In this document: positions 8,552 through 18,125 of the stretch, piece after piece
Position numbering within the stretch: the first letter of the stretch is position 1
How the letters are laid out: every line of letters begins with the position of its first letter
Source: Candidatus Micrarchaeia archaeon
GTDB lineage: Archaea > Micrarchaeota > Micrarchaeia > Burarchaeales > JAVZCV01
NCBI GenBank assembly: GCA_038874215.1
Contig: JAVZCV010000013.1
Coordinates: 1-30,991 of the forward strand
Direction of reading: 5' to 3'
Length of the DNA stretch: 30,991 nucleotides
Position numbers and translations under genes: made by a program
Notes under the pieces: generated by a model
Told to the model about the DNA's origin: nothing
Databases searched by the model: none
Seen by the model: only the letters and a program-made list of their open reading frames with translations

Positions 8552-11500
8552 TTACTCCCTCAACCTGTATATCCTAACGGGGTCTATGAGCTCTGTTGTG
8601 GCTTCGGGATAGACGAGGTCAAAGCCTTCTATGCGGCCGAGAACGAAGCCTTTGTAAAATATGGAATCATACCCCTTCGTTTTTCTGTGTGAGTATCCAT
8701 CGCCAACATAGAACATTAGGTATGCGTTGTATTCCCTTCCATCCCCAAGCCTAACCCTCCCCTGATGCATCGGAAGCGCTGGATTGAGAGTCTGGTTGTT
8801 TTCGTATAGGATTATGTTCCTCGGCTGGCCGCTTATGTTTAGCGTTCCTATGCAGTACTTGTAGCCCGCAGAAGAAATGCCCCGCACCATGACGGCACCT
8901 CCCCCGACATCGCAAAAGTCCTGTAGGGTTGGCGAGGCTGGAACAAAGAGCCTCTCAAATTCATACTCCCTCTCGCATTCAGACTCTCCTGGGTCTTTCT
9001 CAAAAACAGTCCTGTTGTTGTAGTAGCATGAGAGATAGTTAAGAGCACCCCATTTCCCTATAAGGTCTATATCAAGCAGAATGTACTTCACCTTGTGGTT
9101 TTTAGACCATTCTATTAGATTGCGCTCATCGCCAGCAACGAAAGCATTCGCAACCTCTAGATCCATATCTGGCCTTCCGTGGTCGTTTCTCGTTATCGTC
9201 TTCGCCTGCCCGAAATAATTAGTCCAATGCCCGTAGTCCCACCAGTGGAGAACGCGCTCCTCTCCTTTCACATTCTCCTTTATCCACTCCATCGCATCAA
9301 GCCAATATGAGGGTATCTTTGAGCAGTATAGATAAAGCGCCGTCCTTCTCTGACTGCCGAATATGTTGTCAAGTATTGAGAGAAGCATTGACTGCTTGCC
9401 CTCATCGTTTATATTAGCGCAGTTCGGGACAGAAGAAGCGGGGTCTTTCACATCTGGGTTCCAGTTTATCGGGTTAAGAGCTATCATCGTTACCGTGAAG
9501 GAAACGTAACTCTGGAAGAGTGCGAGCGAAATGCATAAAGCGCACATCGCATTGAAAGCAGGCGTCTTTTGCCTGTAAATGCTGTGCAGGACAGCAAAAA
9601 TAGCAAAGGAGAGAACAGTAAAAACTATACCGGATATCATACCCGGGCCGTATGCCGCATAGAATGCCGAAACAAGGACGCACATTATGAATAGCATAAA
9701 ACTGCCTGCGAGCATCGTAGCATTCTTCATAGAAGAAATAAAGTAGATGCCTCCGAAAATAGCGGCTCCGAGGAATATGATGAAAATGAGCGAGACGAGC
9801 GCCTCCTGCCTTACCTGTTCTATCGTGCGTTCCCTCCCCTTGTCATAAAGCGCATAAACTACAATAGAGGCGGCTACAAGAGAGAGAAGGATGAACGTCC
9901 CAATCTTTCTCCTTTTTCCAAACTCCTTCATCTTCTCTATCACGTTTCCAAGCTCTGCTGCGAAAGCCACAACAGCCACTATAAGCATGTAGCCAAGCTG
10001 TAGGACGAACTTGCTCTTGTTGAAGCCAACGAATGAGATTGGGAATACCATGACCATGAGCATTACGAACGGGCTTCTCTCGTCTTTCGTGAAATAGGCG
10101 TACGCTATCCCAAGATGCATGAGGGCGATGAGCAAAATTCCCATCATCCCTGTCCTGTCTATCCCAAAACCAAGAATTCCACCGAAGTTATGGGCTGTGT
10201 CTATAACCCAAACGGTGAAATTCGCAAATGAGGCAAGGACTCCGAATGCCCAGCTGAATTCGCTTGGGCTGGCGGTTTCCTCTGCAACGGTTTTCATCAG
10301 CGCACTCGTCGGCTTTGCAAACGCAGCCGCACGCGTTAAATAGCTTATAAGAATCGGTCCTATCTGAACTGGGAAAGACGGAATGAAGCTTATAGCAAAA
10401 ACGGCGAAGGAAACTCCGAGGATTGTGATAAGCACACCAGCCCTCGTCCCGAATGAGAACAAAAGCTCAAATATGCCTGCCTCTGCAGATTCCTTATCTA
10501 TCTTCTTAACCAAATCGTCAACCCGCCCGATGTTCTGCTGTGCGTAGTATAGAACGCAGGAAAAAGCAAGCGCAGCCGAAACTGCAATCGGGTCTGTGGG
10601 AATTTTCGGGTTTTCCGAGTTTATGTAAAGCTCAACAAGGGACTGCGCCGTCATTCCGAAGAGAATTATAACGGCGTTTATCTCCAAAAACCGCCTGTCA
10701 AGCTTACCTTTCATGAAATTTATGATGCTCTGGTATGTTATGTATCCGGCGAGAACTAAGTACACTATCAGGTCTGATTTTGAGCCGAGTGTAACCGATG
10801 CAAAAGCAATAGCGGCGAGAAGAGAAAGTCTCAGGTCCCTGTGCTTTACTGCGAGTGCATAAGAAGAATAGAAGAAGAATGCTCCAAACATGCCCCATGG
10901 CGTTTGCTCGGATTCCCCTGCTGCCAGCTTCTCCACTATGCGTGGCGTTGAGGCTACAAGCGCAGCGGCAGCGAGCCCAAACTTTCTTCCATACTCCTCT
11001 GCGATGAGCACGAACACGAAGAAACAGATTAGGGCGGCTACCACTGGCGGATACATTCCCGCAATGGTTGCGAGCAAAAGATTGTCATAGCCGATATTGG
11101 AAAAGACCTGCGACGGATAGCCCGTATATATAGAATACCAATAGGCTTCAAGGTAATGTAGCAGTGGCTGGTTCCTGTGTGAGTCGGGGTGGGGATAGTA
11201 CGCCCAATCGTCGTGTACTGGAACCTCCCCAAGCGTTAATATCTCCTGCGTCACCATGTCATAGTAATACGGGTCAAACTCGTAGAAATCAGGTCCAGCA
11301 CTCTGGCTGCCTACCCAGAAGGCTGAAAAAACTATGATGGCAAGAATAACCCATACCGCGGCGTCTCTAATGCCCCACTTTTTTATCGCCAAACCCTTTC
11401 TTCCGAATTCATATATGCTGAATAAAATGCCGAATATGCACGTTATGGCGATGTTTACTATTACGAGCTCGTATGAGTACTTTATGCCAAAAAAGAAATA

Positions 11501-11665
11501 CTCCAAAAAGGCAAGGAGGGGCGGTATTATCAGCCCGAGAGCAAGGCCCCAGCCCACTATCTCGGGCAAAGAGCGCCCTGTTCTCCTCAATAGCGGGAGT
11601 GCTATTAGAAAACCAGGCACGAGTATTGAAAAGAATATGGCGAGCGCAGGAATAAGGTTCTGCAT
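8552..11665 (-). CDS. aglB: Archaeal oligosaccharyltransferase (STT3 family)
   Basis: EFDPYYY, TVAEE (TIxE-type), WWDYG and DIDLIGK (DK motif); multi-pass N-terminal region followed by a soluble C-terminal domain. Confidence 0.95.
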   Translation of the reverse strand: MQNLIPALAIFFSILVPGFLIALPLLRRTGRSLPEIVGWGLALGLIIPPLLAFLEYFFFGIKYSYELVIVNIAITCIFGILFSIYEFGRKGLAIKKWGIRDAAVWVILAIIVFSAFWVGSQSAGPDFYEFDPYYYDMVTQEILTLGEVPVHDDWAYYPHPDSHRNQPLLHYLEAYWYSIYTGYPSQVFSNIGYDNLLLATIAGMYPPVVAALICFFVFVLIAEEYGRKFGLAAAALVASTPRIVEKLAAGESEQTPWGMFGAFFFYSSYALAVKHRDLRLSLLAAIAFASVTLGSKSDLIVYLVLAGYITYQSIINFMKGKLDRRFLEINAVIILFGMTAQSLVELYINSENPKIPTDPIAVSAALAFSCVLYYAQQNIGRVDDLVKKIDKESAEAGIFELLFSFGTRAGVLITILGVSFAVFAISFIPSFPVQIGPILISYLTRAAAFAKPTSALMKTVAEETASPSEFSWAFGVLASFANFTVWVIDTAHNFGGILGFGIDRTGMMGILLIALMHLGIAYAYFTKDERSPFVMLMVMVFPISFVGFNKSKFVLQLGYMLIVAVVAFAAELGNVIEKMKEFGKRRKIGTFILLSLVAASIVVYALYDKGRERTIEQVRQEALVSLIFIIFLGAAIFGGIYFISSMKNATMLAGSFMLFIMCVLVSAFYAAYGPGMISGIVFTVLSFAIFAVLHSIYRQKTPAFNAMCALCISLALFQSYVSFTVTMIALNPINWNPDVKDPASSVPNCANINDEGKQSMLLSILDNIFGSQRRTALYLYCSKIPSYWLDAMEWIKENVKGEERVLHWWDYGHWTNYFGQAKTITRNDHGRPDMDLEVANAFVAGDERNLIEWSKNHKVKYILLDIDLIGKWGALNYLSCYYNNRTVFEKDPGESECEREYEFERLFVPASPTLQDFCDVGGGAVMVRGISSAGYKYCIGTLNISGQPRNIILYENNQTLNPALPMHQGRVRLGDGREYNAYLMFYVGDGYSHRKTKGYDSIFYKGFVLGRIEGFDLVYPEATTELIDPVRIYRLRE

Positions 11666-11683
11666 GGAGGTATTGAGTTTACA

Positions 11684-11695
11684 TAATATATAAAA
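11684..11695. promoter_or_regulatory. Candidate bidirectional TATA box between aglB and the GGR gene string
   Basis: TAATATATAAAA in a 53-bp gap, roughly 20-25 nt from both start codons, consistent with leaderless transcripts. Confidence 0.55.
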
Positions 11696-11718
11696 GCGTA
11701 TTCGTTTTTACTCATCGT

Positions 11719-12813
11719 ATGCATGATGTTGTGGTAGTTGGCGCTGGCCCAAGCGGTTCTTTTGCTGCCGCAGAGGCTGCAAAAAACGGTGCAAACGTTC
11801 TTGTTTACGAAGAGCATAATCATGTTGGAGTGCCCGTCCAGTGCGCAGGCCTTGTCTCAAAATCCGGCCTTGATTCCCTCGGCATAGACTATAGAAAATC
11901 AGTCCTTAACGAGATGATAGGGGCAAATATATTCTCTCCTTCAGGAAATCTGATAGTGGCGAAAGCGAGAGAAGTAAAGGCTTGCGTTATAGACAGGGAG
12001 GTTTTTGATACGCTCGTTTTTGATATGGCGGAGAGGACGGGTGCAAAATTCATTTTCGGCAAGAGAGTGAAAAAGTCGGATGTTATGAATGGAAAAAGAG
12101 TAATCTGCGCTGATGGCGCATACTCCCTACTGGCAAGAGAAGTAGGTTTCCCTGAAATACGGGAATACGTATGCTGTGCGCAGGCAGAATTTGAGTATGC
12201 GAACATAGAAAGAAATTTTGTTGAGGTATACCTGTCCCGCAGAGATTTCCCGGGTTTTTTTGGGTGGGTGATACCAGTTAACGAGAATGAGGCGCGAGTC
12301 GGTTTGGGCGTGAGGCTTGGCTTGAAAGTGCATGAATACTTTGAGAGGTTCATACGGATGCTTGAGCAGAAAGAGAAGATAAAGAGAGGCAAAATGAAAA
12401 AATTGGGCGGCGGCTGCATTCCGATGTGCATGCGTGAAATAACTGCGACAGATAAGGTTGCGCTTGTGGGCGACGCTGCTGGGCAAGTTAAAGCAACTAC
12501 TGGTGGTGGTGTCTTTTTTGGCTCATCCTGTGGGATGATAGCGGGAAGAGTAGCGGCAAGCGGAGAAAGCATGCTTGTATATGAAAAAGAATGGCGCAGG
12601 GCATACATGCGTGACATATCCCTCCATTATCGCCTTAGGGATTTCATAAATTCTCTTGATGATGCCTCTGTTGAAAGGTATTTCACAATGGCAAAAGCAC
12701 TGGGTATAGAGCAATTCCTTACGAACTTTGGGGAGATGGATAGGGTTTCAGCGATGGTAGAATCTCTAAAAGGGAATCCTCTCTATTCGCTCATGCCCCC
12801 ATTCCTACGTTAA
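11719..12813 (+). CDS. Geranylgeranyl reductase family FAD oxidoreductase (DGGR-like)
   Basis: DVVVVGAGPSG, VPVQCAG, IDREVFD, CADG, PGFFGWVIP (PxxYxWxFP-like) and LVGDAAGQVKATTGGG. Confidence 0.9.
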   Translation: MHDVVVVGAGPSGSFAAAEAAKNGANVLVYEEHNHVGVPVQCAGLVSKSGLDSLGIDYRKSVLNEMIGANIFSPSGNLIVAKAREVKACVIDREVFDTLVFDMAERTGAKFIFGKRVKKSDVMNGKRVICADGAYSLLAREVGFPEIREYVCCAQAEFEYANIERNFVEVYLSRRDFPGFFGWVIPVNENEARVGLGVRLGLKVHEYFERFIRMLEQKEKIKRGKMKKLGGGCIPMCMREITATDKVALVGDAAGQVKATTGGGVFFGSSCGMIAGRVAASGESMLVYEKEWRRAYMRDISLHYRLRDFINSLDDASVERYFTMAKALGIEQFLTNFGEMDRVSAMVESLKGNPLYSLMPPFLR

Positions 12814-12869
12814 GTATATATTAATTGGCGATAATTCTATGATTTCAGAAGTACGAGTCGGGTGGGTAT

Positions 12870-13568
12870 TTGAATATGCTTCCCGAGCATATTGTTATAA
12901 TCCCTGATGGGAACAGAAGATGGGCAACAGCTCACAGCAAGACGATAGTCGAGGGCTATCAGGCAGGCATAGCGAAAATAATAGACGCCCTTACGTGGTG
13001 TGGGGAACTGAACCTGAAGATACTAACATTCTGGGGTTTTTCAACAGAAAATTTCTTTAGAAATAAGAATGAAGTGAACAACCTCCTGCATCTATTTAAC
13101 ACGAAGCTTGATGAGGCGCTTAGGGAGGATACATTCAAAAAATACGATATACGTGTGCGCATACTCGGCAAACTTTCTCTAATGCCCACGGAGATAAGGC
13201 ACAAAATACGGACATTGGAGAAAATCACTGAGAAGCACAAAAAACATTCCCTTAACATTCTTTTCGCATACGGCGGAAGGCAGGAAATCGTTGATGCATG
13301 CAACGCAATACTACGGGAATACAGGCGTGGAAGGATAAAGCGTGTTACAGAGGAGATATTCGCATCTCATCTTTACACAAACGGTCTTCCATACCCAGAC
13401 CTCATAATAAGAACATCGGGCGAGCAAAGGCTTTCTGGCTTGATGCCATGGCAGAGCGCATACAGCGAGCTGTATTTCTCTAAAAAGCTCTGGCCTGATT
13501 TTACAAAGGCAGACCTCATAAAAGCGCTTAACGAATACTCAAGGCGCCAACGGAGGTTTGGCCATTGA
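12870..13568 (+). CDS. uppS: Cis-prenyltransferase (polyprenyl/undecaprenyl diphosphate synthase)
   Basis: HIVIIPDGNRRWA, FSTENF.R, YGGRQEI, PDLIIRTSGEQRLSG and RRFG. Confidence 0.96.
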   Translation: MNMLPEHIVIIPDGNRRWATAHSKTIVEGYQAGIAKIIDALTWCGELNLKILTFWGFSTENFFRNKNEVNNLLHLFNTKLDEALREDTFKKYDIRVRILGKLSLMPTEIRHKIRTLEKITEKHKKHSLNILFAYGGRQEIVDACNAILREYRRGRIKRVTEEIFASHLYTNGLPYPDLIIRTSGEQRLSGLMPWQSAYSELYFSKKLWPDFTKADLIKALNEYSRRQRRFGH

Positions 13569-13900
13569 GCATTATAAGAAACGAAACGAAAAGCTCTGTT
13601 CTTTGCGAAGAATATGAAGTATGCTCCTCTCTTGTTTCCCAGCTCAGGGGACTTATGTTTAGGCTCAGGAAAAAAGCGCTTCTTTTTGTATTCCCTGAAG
13701 AACGCATTTTTTCAATCCATTCTCTCTTCGTTTTTTTCCCTTTTATAGCAATATACGCCGACAGCAATAGGCGTGTCGTTGATGTGGCGCATGTCAAACC
13801 ATTCACGCCTCTTTTTCGCCCGAGAGCGCCAGCCCGCTATCTCATAGAGATACCAGAACCAAAAGGGTTTGTTGAGCGTGGGGATTTGCTCTCTTGGTAG
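13565..13900 (+). CDS. DUF192 (UPF0127) family protein
   Basis: RGLMFR, LLFVF, SIHSLFVFFP and ARYLIEIP motifs. TTG start overlaps the uppS stop. Confidence 0.8.
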   Translation: MSIIRNETKSSVLCEEYEVCSSLVSQLRGLMFRLRKKALLFVFPEERIFSIHSLFVFFPFIAIYADSNRRVVDVAHVKPFTPLFRPRAPARYLIEIPEPKGFVERGDLLSW

Positions 13901-13908
13901 GTGGGCTT

Positions 13909-15657
13909 TTGAAAATATCCGTTGATAAAGGGAGATGCACTGAATGCGGTGCATGCAGGGAGGCGTGCCCCTACAAGCCAGATTCAATCGCAATCCTTTC
14001 TTGCAGGCACTGCGATGCGGAAAGCGCGGAGTGCAGGCTCTCATGCCAAAAAGGTGCGATTAAAAGGGTTGGCGACATTCTCATCATAACTGATGCGTGC
14101 GATGGTTGCATGGAATGTTCATGCCCATATGGTGCAATCGTTTTTTCAAGCGTTCTTCAGAGAGCGGTTAAATGCGATATGTGTAGCGATTACGAGGCAC
14201 CTCTTTGTATTGCCGTATGCCCAGAGCACTGCATTTCCTTTCGTGAGGACAAGAACCCTCTTGGATGGTTTGTTTCGTGTGATGGGCAAAAGGAAGGCGT
14301 GCGCCCATACGTCGTTGGACTTCCTTCTCTGACAACAGAGGAGCAAAAACTCGTTAAATCCGTGCTTGAGATTTTTGCAGAGAAAGTTGAAGCGGACGGC
14401 AAGATAACACTGCAGAGAGTTCGTCGGGAGTTAACGGATTTCTGCGAAAAGCATAATATATATATGGAGAAGACCCAGTTTGAATATCTCTCAAAGGTTA
14501 TACTTGGTTCTGCCGCTTCCTTCTGCCCTCTTGATCCCCTTCTTTCAGACCCAGATATAGAGGAGATTGCGGTAGTTGGTTTGAATAAGCCGATTTATGT
14601 TTACCACAGACATGAAGGATGGCTTGAAACAAACTGCTTCTTCACATCGCAAGAGGCAGTAATCAACATAATAAACAAGATGGCACGGCCGCTCGGCAGA
14701 AGGATAACTCTTAAATCTCCGAGGCTAAACGCAGTTCTCCATGATGGCTCCCGCGTTCATGCATCAATACCGCCGCTATCAAGCGTTGAGCTTACAATAA
14801 GGAAATTTAGGGAGAGCCCCTTTACCCCGCAGGAGCTGGTTGCACTCGGGACTTTCTCATCAACCGCCATGGCGTTTCTTTGGTTCCTGTTCCATGCTGA
14901 CCTGAACATAATAATTGCGGGCAACACGGCGAGCGGAAAGACAACAAGCCTGAATTCTCTGTTCTCCTTCGTGCCGACAACGGAGAGGATTTTGATAGCA
15001 GAGGAAACACCAGAGATAAACATCCCCCATCCGCACAAGGTAAAGCTTCTTGCAAACCCGGAGTTGGGCATAGACATGAAAGAGCTCGTTTATGATAGTT
15101 TGCGCATGCGGCCAGATAGGGTAATCGTCGGGGAAGTCCGAAATCCAGCCGAGCTTGCCGCTCTTCTTGAGACGATGATGAGCGGGCAGGCGAGGGGAAG
15201 CTATGCAACATTCCATGCGCATTCTGCAAAAGAGCTTATAATGAGAATGCGCGCAATGGGCGCAATCCCTACCGATATACAGAGCATAGACCTTGTAGTG
15301 GTGCAGAGGAGAATGATGCTGTACAACCCAAAACTGTGCACAAAATACGAGGTCAGAAGGGTTATTGAAATATGCGAGGTTTCAAAAGGAGAACTTACCA
15401 CCATACCCATATTCAAATACGACTTTTCAGAAGGCAGACTTGCTAAGACAGTCAGGGACTCGGCACTGGTTAATTATATACTCGCAACCACTGATCTATC
15501 CATTGAGGAGTTTGAGGAAGAACTTCTTCTGCGCGAGCGCTTCTTGGACTACCTGAAAGCAGGAAGGAAGAATTTCTTTGAGACGATAAAGGAGATAGAG
15601 CGCTTTACGAATGATAAGAGGTATAAAGACAGTGTTAGGGAAATAGTGGAGAAATGA
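13909..15657 (+). CDS. Type IV pilus/Tad (TadA/CpaF/VirB11-like) assembly ATPase with an N-terminal multi-[4Fe-4S] ferredoxin domain
   Basis: ATPase motifs: DPDIEEI, DGSRV, LTIRKF, Walker A GNTASGKTT, EETPE, LRMRPDRVIVGEVR and TFHA. The N-terminal ~110 aa carry four CxxC...C...C(P) groups. TTG 13909 follows SD-like AGGTGG. Confidence 0.92.
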   Translation: MKISVDKGRCTECGACREACPYKPDSIAILSCRHCDAESAECRLSCQKGAIKRVGDILIITDACDGCMECSCPYGAIVFSSVLQRAVKCDMCSDYEAPLCIAVCPEHCISFREDKNPLGWFVSCDGQKEGVRPYVVGLPSLTTEEQKLVKSVLEIFAEKVEADGKITLQRVRRELTDFCEKHNIYMEKTQFEYLSKVILGSAASFCPLDPLLSDPDIEEIAVVGLNKPIYVYHRHEGWLETNCFFTSQEAVINIINKMARPLGRRITLKSPRLNAVLHDGSRVHASIPPLSSVELTIRKFRESPFTPQELVALGTFSSTAMAFLWFLFHADLNIIIAGNTASGKTTSLNSLFSFVPTTERILIAEETPEINIPHPHKVKLLANPELGIDMKELVYDSLRMRPDRVIVGEVRNPAELAALLETMMSGQARGSYATFHAHSAKELIMRMRAMGAIPTDIQSIDLVVVQRRMMLYNPKLCTKYEVRRVIEICEVSKGELTTIPIFKYDFSEGRLAKTVRDSALVNYILATTDLSIEEFEEELLLRERFLDYLKAGRKNFFETIKEIERFTNDKRYKDSVREIVEK

Positions 15658-17363
15658 AAATCCAACCTCTTATACATAGCATAGGTTCATACCTATCTTT
15701 CATAGAAATATCCCCCGAGCGTACGAAGCGCCTAGAGAAGGACTTAGTGCAGGCGGGAATGGGCGTTGATGCGCAGATATATGCCCGCTTTTCAATTTTC
15801 ACAGGCTTTGTACTCTTCATACTCACCCTGCCCGCTTTCATGCTTTTTCTTGATTTTATGACTTCACTGTCCTTCTCCCTCCTGCTTTTCCCACTATCCG
15901 CCCTCATGCTCATTCTCTTACCGAAATTTTTGAAAAAGCTCAGGGCGAGGCGTGCCGAGGCAGAGTTGCCCTACGTTCTCCGCCTCATAGCTACCGAGAT
16001 ATCCCTTGGCCTATCTTTTGAGAATGCACTTGAAAGCGCCACGAACATGCATGGTATTTTAGCAGCAGAACTGAAGAAATGCGCTGGGGAAATTCGTAAG
16101 GGAGGCGATACAAGGGCAACCATTTGGCGTCTTGCAGAGAGTTTTGAGTCACCTCTTATACGACGGGCTCTCTCCAATCTCCTGCTGATATACGAGCATG
16201 GTTCGGACGCATCAATGCTCAGGGAGCTTGCAAGGGACACGATAGCAATACAAAGGGGAAGGATGAGGGAGACTTCCGCCCGTGCGGGCATGCTTGGGCT
16301 TATATTCATAGCGGTCTCGTGCATAGTGCCTTCGCTTTTTCTCGCCTATGTTATCGTGGGTTCTTCTTTCCTTGACATAGTTTCTTCGTACTCTGACATA
16401 ATACCTCTCTATCTTTTCTTCTTCCCGCTTCTTGATTTTTTCGTCATCATGCTCATGTTCATAAACTCCAGTTTTGTTTCCACCCCCAGCTCATCAAAGT
16501 TCCTCTCCCGAGAGGAATTCACCTCCCTTGCAAGCGAGGCAGAGCGCCTAGGCATAAAGGACCCTAAAAATTTCTTCATAATGCTGTTTCTTGTTTCATC
16601 TTTGCTCTTCATAGTCTCCATCTCGTTCAACATTCTCGGGTTTCTTGGGGACGCGGCTCTTCCCATCTATTTCCTAATTCTAATGGTTCCTCTTCTGTTT
16701 TACCTGCTTCTCCAAAATTTCCGTGAGATGAGGGAAAGAGAGATAGAGCATAACCTGCCGAGTGCGCTCTATCACGCAGCATCATTCCCGCGTGGCGTAG
16801 CGTTTGAGAAGATAATTGATTCACTCGCACAATCGGACTACGGAACCCTCTCGGAAGAGTTTGCGCGCGTTAGCGCGGCAGTCCATGCGGGCTCATCGGT
16901 TGAAAGCGCGCTCAAAAAGATGGGGGAGAGGTACTCATCAGCTCTCCTGAAAAATGCAGTCGGGTTGATAGCGCGCTTCTACCTTGTCGGCAGCGACATG
17001 TGCGTCGTGCTAAAGGAAAGTGCGGACGAGGTTCAGGAGCTCTTCGCCCTTACGAGAGAGCAGGCCTCAATGCTCTCTACGCAGAAATACACAATTCTTC
17101 TTGCAAGCTCCGTTCTCCTACCCCTCATAATGGGCCTCATGCTCTCAATAGCGTCTGAGATTGGATTTGAGAAGATGCATGAGGCTGTTCGTGCGGGCTC
17201 CTTCGCAGCAGTTTCCTACATACTTGCCTTTTCCCTTCTTGCGGGCTTTGTCGTCGCGCATCAGGAGGGAAACACGAGGAAATTCATAGTTTATTTCCTT
17301 GCAATAGTCCCGATCGCACTCTCGGTATTCATCCTTTCGCAGCATGTTATCGACTACATTTAA
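15654..17363 (+). CDS. Type II secretion F / TadB-TadC-like membrane platform protein with two T2SSF repeats
   Basis: Two similar units (RAEAELPYVLRLIATEISLGLSFENAL; REIEHNLPSALYHAASF...GSSVESAL), each followed by TM segments. ATGA overlap with the ATPase gene. Confidence 0.88.
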   Translation: MKIQPLIHSIGSYLSFIEISPERTKRLEKDLVQAGMGVDAQIYARFSIFTGFVLFILTLPAFMLFLDFMTSLSFSLLLFPLSALMLILLPKFLKKLRARRAEAELPYVLRLIATEISLGLSFENALESATNMHGILAAELKKCAGEIRKGGDTRATIWRLAESFESPLIRRALSNLLLIYEHGSDASMLRELARDTIAIQRGRMRETSARAGMLGLIFIAVSCIVPSLFLAYVIVGSSFLDIVSSYSDIIPLYLFFFPLLDFFVIMLMFINSSFVSTPSSSKFLSREEFTSLASEAERLGIKDPKNFFIMLFLVSSLLFIVSISFNILGFLGDAALPIYFLILMVPLLFYLLLQNFREMREREIEHNLPSALYHAASFPRGVAFEKIIDSLAQSDYGTLSEEFARVSAAVHAGSSVESALKKMGERYSSALLKNAVGLIARFYLVGSDMCVVLKESADEVQELFALTREQASMLSTQKYTILLASSVLLPLIMGLMLSIASEIGFEKMHEAVRAGSFAAVSYILAFSLLAGFVVAHQEGNTRKFIVYFLAIVPIALSVFILSQHVIDYI

Positions 17364-17387
17364 AAACAATTGTGCTGTTCTATTCTC

Positions 17388-18113
17388 ATGGAAATAGTAG
17401 AGATAAAAAAACCGAGAATAGAAGGGGCAACATTGATAGAAGGTTTTCCTGGAATCGGGCTTGTGGGCACGATAGCAACGAGCTACCTTGTTGAGAAGAT
17501 TTCTATGGAGCAGATAGGCTATATATACTCCGAGGAGTTTCCCGCAATATCAGCGATACACAACCACATCCCTCTCCACCCTGCGAGGATATATGAATGC
17601 GATAAGCTTAAGTTCTACGTGCTTTTCTCTGAGTTCATAGTTCCAATGAGCCAGATATACCCGCTCGCCCGCGAGATACTCAAATGGGCGCTTACGAATA
17701 AAGTAAAGCAGATAATCTCCCTCGGCGGTATAGTGATGAAGGGAGAGCAGGATGAAGTATATGGCATATCAAGCACACCTGAAGTAAGAAAGATGCTTGA
17801 GAAGCACGGCGTTAAATCGATAAAGGAAGGGGCGACGACGGGCGTGAGCGGCGTGCTTCTTGCTGAATGCGCAACAAGAGGCTTCCCTGCTTTCTCGCTT
17901 CTCGCCGAGTCAAGGCCAGAGTATCTTGACCCCCGAGCAGCCGCAATGGTTCTTGATATACTGAAGCGAATGCTTGATTTTGAAATAGATACGAGCGAGC
18001 TCGTGCACGAGTCAGAAGCGATTGAGGCAAAGCTCAAGGAGCTTCTTGAAGGTGCGAAGAAAGCGCACAACCACTACCAGCAGGTTGATAAGATAGGCAC
18101 AATGTATGGCTGA
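17388..18113 (+). CDS. PAC2 family proteasome assembly chaperone-like protein
   Basis: LIEGFPGIGLVGTIA, HPARIY, IISLGG, GVSGVLL and DPRAAA motifs. Confidence 0.9.
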   Translation: MEIVEIKKPRIEGATLIEGFPGIGLVGTIATSYLVEKISMEQIGYIYSEEFPAISAIHNHIPLHPARIYECDKLKFYVLFSEFIVPMSQIYPLAREILKWALTNKVKQIISLGGIVMKGEQDEVYGISSTPEVRKMLEKHGVKSIKEGATTGVSGVLLAECATRGFPAFSLLAESRPEYLDPRAAAMVLDILKRMLDFEIDTSELVHESEAIEAKLKELLEGAKKAHNHYQQVDKIGTMYG

Positions 18114-18118
18114 TATTT

Positions 18119-18125
18119 AAAAAAA
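18119..18125 (-). terminator. Oligo-T terminator directly after tRNA-Leu
   Basis: Run of seven T on the minus strand immediately after the discriminator base. Confidence 0.55.

Noticed and set aside
11889-12617. 242-aa minus-strand ORF and similar long antisense ORFs (e.g. 5924-6565, 3175-3726, 18383-18898)
   Set aside because: They lie almost entirely opposite well-supported genes and have no recognisable motifs.
13909-17363. Archaellum (FlaI/FlaJ) or conjugative T4SS assignment
   Set aside because: No flaH, flaB, flaF/G, virB4 or relaxase genes are nearby; only a generic T4P/Tad call is supportable.
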